From positions 70,109,664 through 70,173,663 of the forward strand of contig NC_134847.1 of assembly GCF_965363235.1 (NCBI RefSeq): 64,000 nucleotides of DNA, read 5' to 3'. This stretch comes from Mytilus galloprovincialis. Lineage: Eukaryota. Every line of letters begins with the position of its first letter. Positions within the stretch are counted from its first letter, which is position 1. Below are positions 62,471 through 64,000 of this stretch, one piece after another. The notes below the pieces were generated by a model. The model was given only the letters and a program-made list of their open reading frames with translations. It ran no database searches and had not been told where the DNA came from. Both the position numbers and the translations under genes were made by a program.

Positions 62471-62579
62471 GAATCTAGGGGATATAGCTTCAATGCTAGG
62501 AGACCTAAGACATATGTCTCTAGATATGGGAGCTGAGATTTCAGAACAAAATGCACAAGTGGATAGAATATCAACCAAG
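62471..62579 (+). CDS. SNAP-25-family (SNAP25/29-like) Qc-SNARE motif exon. [36 protein letters not shown]
   Basis: Aligns to the SNAP-25 C-terminal SNARE [37 protein letters not shown]. Donor aag|gttagt. The acceptor is at 62471 (phase 2 in) or 62479. Neither phase matches the 61636 donor, so an intervening exon or a shifted boundary is likely. Confidence 0.75.
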
Positions 62580-62934
62580 GTTAGTGATATACTAAAATGA
62601 ATAATTCAGTAAGACAGGGCTGTAACAATGTTTCAATACAATACTAATTTATCATGTTTGATACTTTTGGTAGAACTTGTGTTTCACCAAATTAGGAGAT
62701 TGTGATATTGATTTACTGTTAAAATACACAGAAATATACTCTTGAGGCTAAGTAGTTTGTTGGACATGGCAATACTAATTTTTGCTAAATTGTGTCAAAA
62801 AAATATGACATTTAGATCTCTAAATCAACATTTTTTTGTAACAGGATAGTTTTGTTTTCAAAATATAACACGTTATAAAGCTACACTAAAAGGGGGTACA
62901 ATACTATGAGCTGGTTAAATAAATATGAACATTT

Positions 62935-64000
62935 TCATGAATCTGTGATGCTTGAAGGCATCATCTTGCATCTGGAAGGTGATGTCTTTGTTGAGGCATT
63001 GCTTGTTGCATGGACATAGATCCTTAAGGCATCAGGAAGGTGATGTGTTTGTTGAGGTATACTTGTTGCATGGGAATAGATCATTGAAGCATCAGGAAGG
63101 TGATGTGTTTGTTGAGGCATTGCTTGTTGCATGGGCATAGATCCTCAAGGCATCTGGAAGGTGATGTGTTTGTTGAGGCATTGCTTGTTGCATGGGCATA
63201 GATCCTCAAGGCATCAGGAAGGTGATGTGTTTGTTGAGGCATTGCTTGCTGCTTGGGCATAGATCCTCAAGGCATCTGGAAGGTGATGTCTTTGTTGAGG
63301 CATTGCATGTTGCATGGGCATAGATCCTCAAGGCATCAGTAAGGTGATGTGTTTGTTGAGGCATTGCTTGCTGCTTGGGCATAGATCCTCATGGCATCAG
63401 GAAGTTGATGTGTTTGTTGAGGCATTGCTTATTGCATGGACATAGATCCTCAAGGCATCAGGAAGTCTTTGTTGAGGCATTGCTTGTTGCATGGGCATTG
63501 ATCCTCAAGGCATCAGGAAGGTGATGTCTTTGTTGAGGCATTGCTTGCTGCTTGGGCATAGATCCTCAAGGCATCTGGAAGGTGATGTTGCATTGCTTGT
63601 TGCATGGGCATAGATCCTCAAGGCATCAGGAAGGTGGTGTGTTTGTTGAGGCATTGCTTGCAGCTTGGGCATAGATCCTCAAGGCACCGGGAAGGTAATG
63701 TGTTTGTTGAGGCATTGCTTATTGCATGGGCATAGATTCTCAAGGCATCGGGAAGGTAATGTGTTTGTTGAGGCATTGCTTGCTGCTTGGGCATAGATCC
63801 TCAAGGCATCGGGAAGGTAATGTGTTTGTTGAGGCATTGCTTATTGCATGGGCATTGATCCTCAAGGCATCAGGAAGGTGATGTCTTTGTTGAGGCATTG
63901 CTTATTGCATGGACATTGATCCTCAAGGCATCTGGAAGGTGATGTGTTTGTTGAGGCATTGCTTGTTGCATGGACATTGATCCTCAAGACATCTGGAAGG
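62935..64000. repeat. Minisatellite array with a ~61-bp unit (ggcattgcttgttgcatgggcatagatcctcaaggcatcaggaaggtgatgtgtttgttgag), ≥17 copies. It runs off the window end.
   Basis: The period of 61 bp was verified at 63116 and 63177. The units show minor variants. The ORFs at 62935–63140 on both strands are translations of the array. Confidence 0.95.

Noticed and set aside
62935-63140. Overlapping + and − strand ORFs at the window end.
   Set aside because: They are translations of the 61-bp tandem array and are not coding.
53617-64000. A single giant chimeric gene PARP4–calmodulin–CHMP4–SNAP25.
   Set aside because: Phase compatibility at each junction has about a 1-in-3 chance per junction. The four proteins are independent conserved families with their own expected termini. 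I kept only the individual junction questions as findings.

Overview
The window reads as metazoan, most likely bivalve-mollusc, genomic DNA. It is AT-rich, has GT-AG introns and is saturated with interspersed repeats. It is not a prokaryotic locus, so I looked for no operons, CRISPR arrays or defence islands.

Positions 1–30.5 kb are repeat and transposon debris with no conserved host gene:
- two LINE ORF2 remnants (+ strand at 17.3–18.8 kb, − strand at 23.9–26.3 kb) and a further LINE tail fragment at 20.8–21.3 kb
- several MITE families
- a foldback element with TTAACGCG-type subterminal tandem repeats (14.0–16.9 kb)
- a composite satellite-bearing element ending in a tRNA-like (SINE-like) head (26.4–28.3 kb; related ends at 1–60, 10811–10990 and 54546–54715)
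- a Tourist-like MITE with TTA target-site duplications (28496–29750)

Positions 30.5–62.6 kb carry four conserved genes in tandem on the + strand. I identified each by eye from strong protein similarity, with canonical splice sites and consistent codon phases.
- A PARP4 (vault PARP) orthologue spans at least 27 coding exons (30558–53739) and has the BRCT, PARP catalytic, VIT and vWA domains.
- A calmodulin-like EF-hand gene lies at 54880–55950.
- A CHMP4/Snf7 (ESCRT-III) gene lies at 56119–59319.
- SNAP-25-family Qc-SNARE exons lie at 61563–62579.

No gene's ends are fully resolved. No start exon is seen for the calmodulin-like or CHMP4 genes, and no terminal exon for PARP4 or CHMP4. The PARP4 → calmodulin-like → CHMP4 → 61563 exon junctions are mutually splice-phase compatible, so chimeric or read-through transcripts, or tiny unseen 5' exons, cannot be told apart from sequence alone. 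All exon coordinates carry a few nt of hand-counting error.

Other notable details:
- An 80-bp tandem duplication has created a decoy 3' splice site plus a stop-containing pseudo-exon directly upstream of a PARP catalytic exon.
- A MITE has inserted into a LINE reverse-transcriptase ORF.
- Large minisatellite arrays lie in introns and at the window end.
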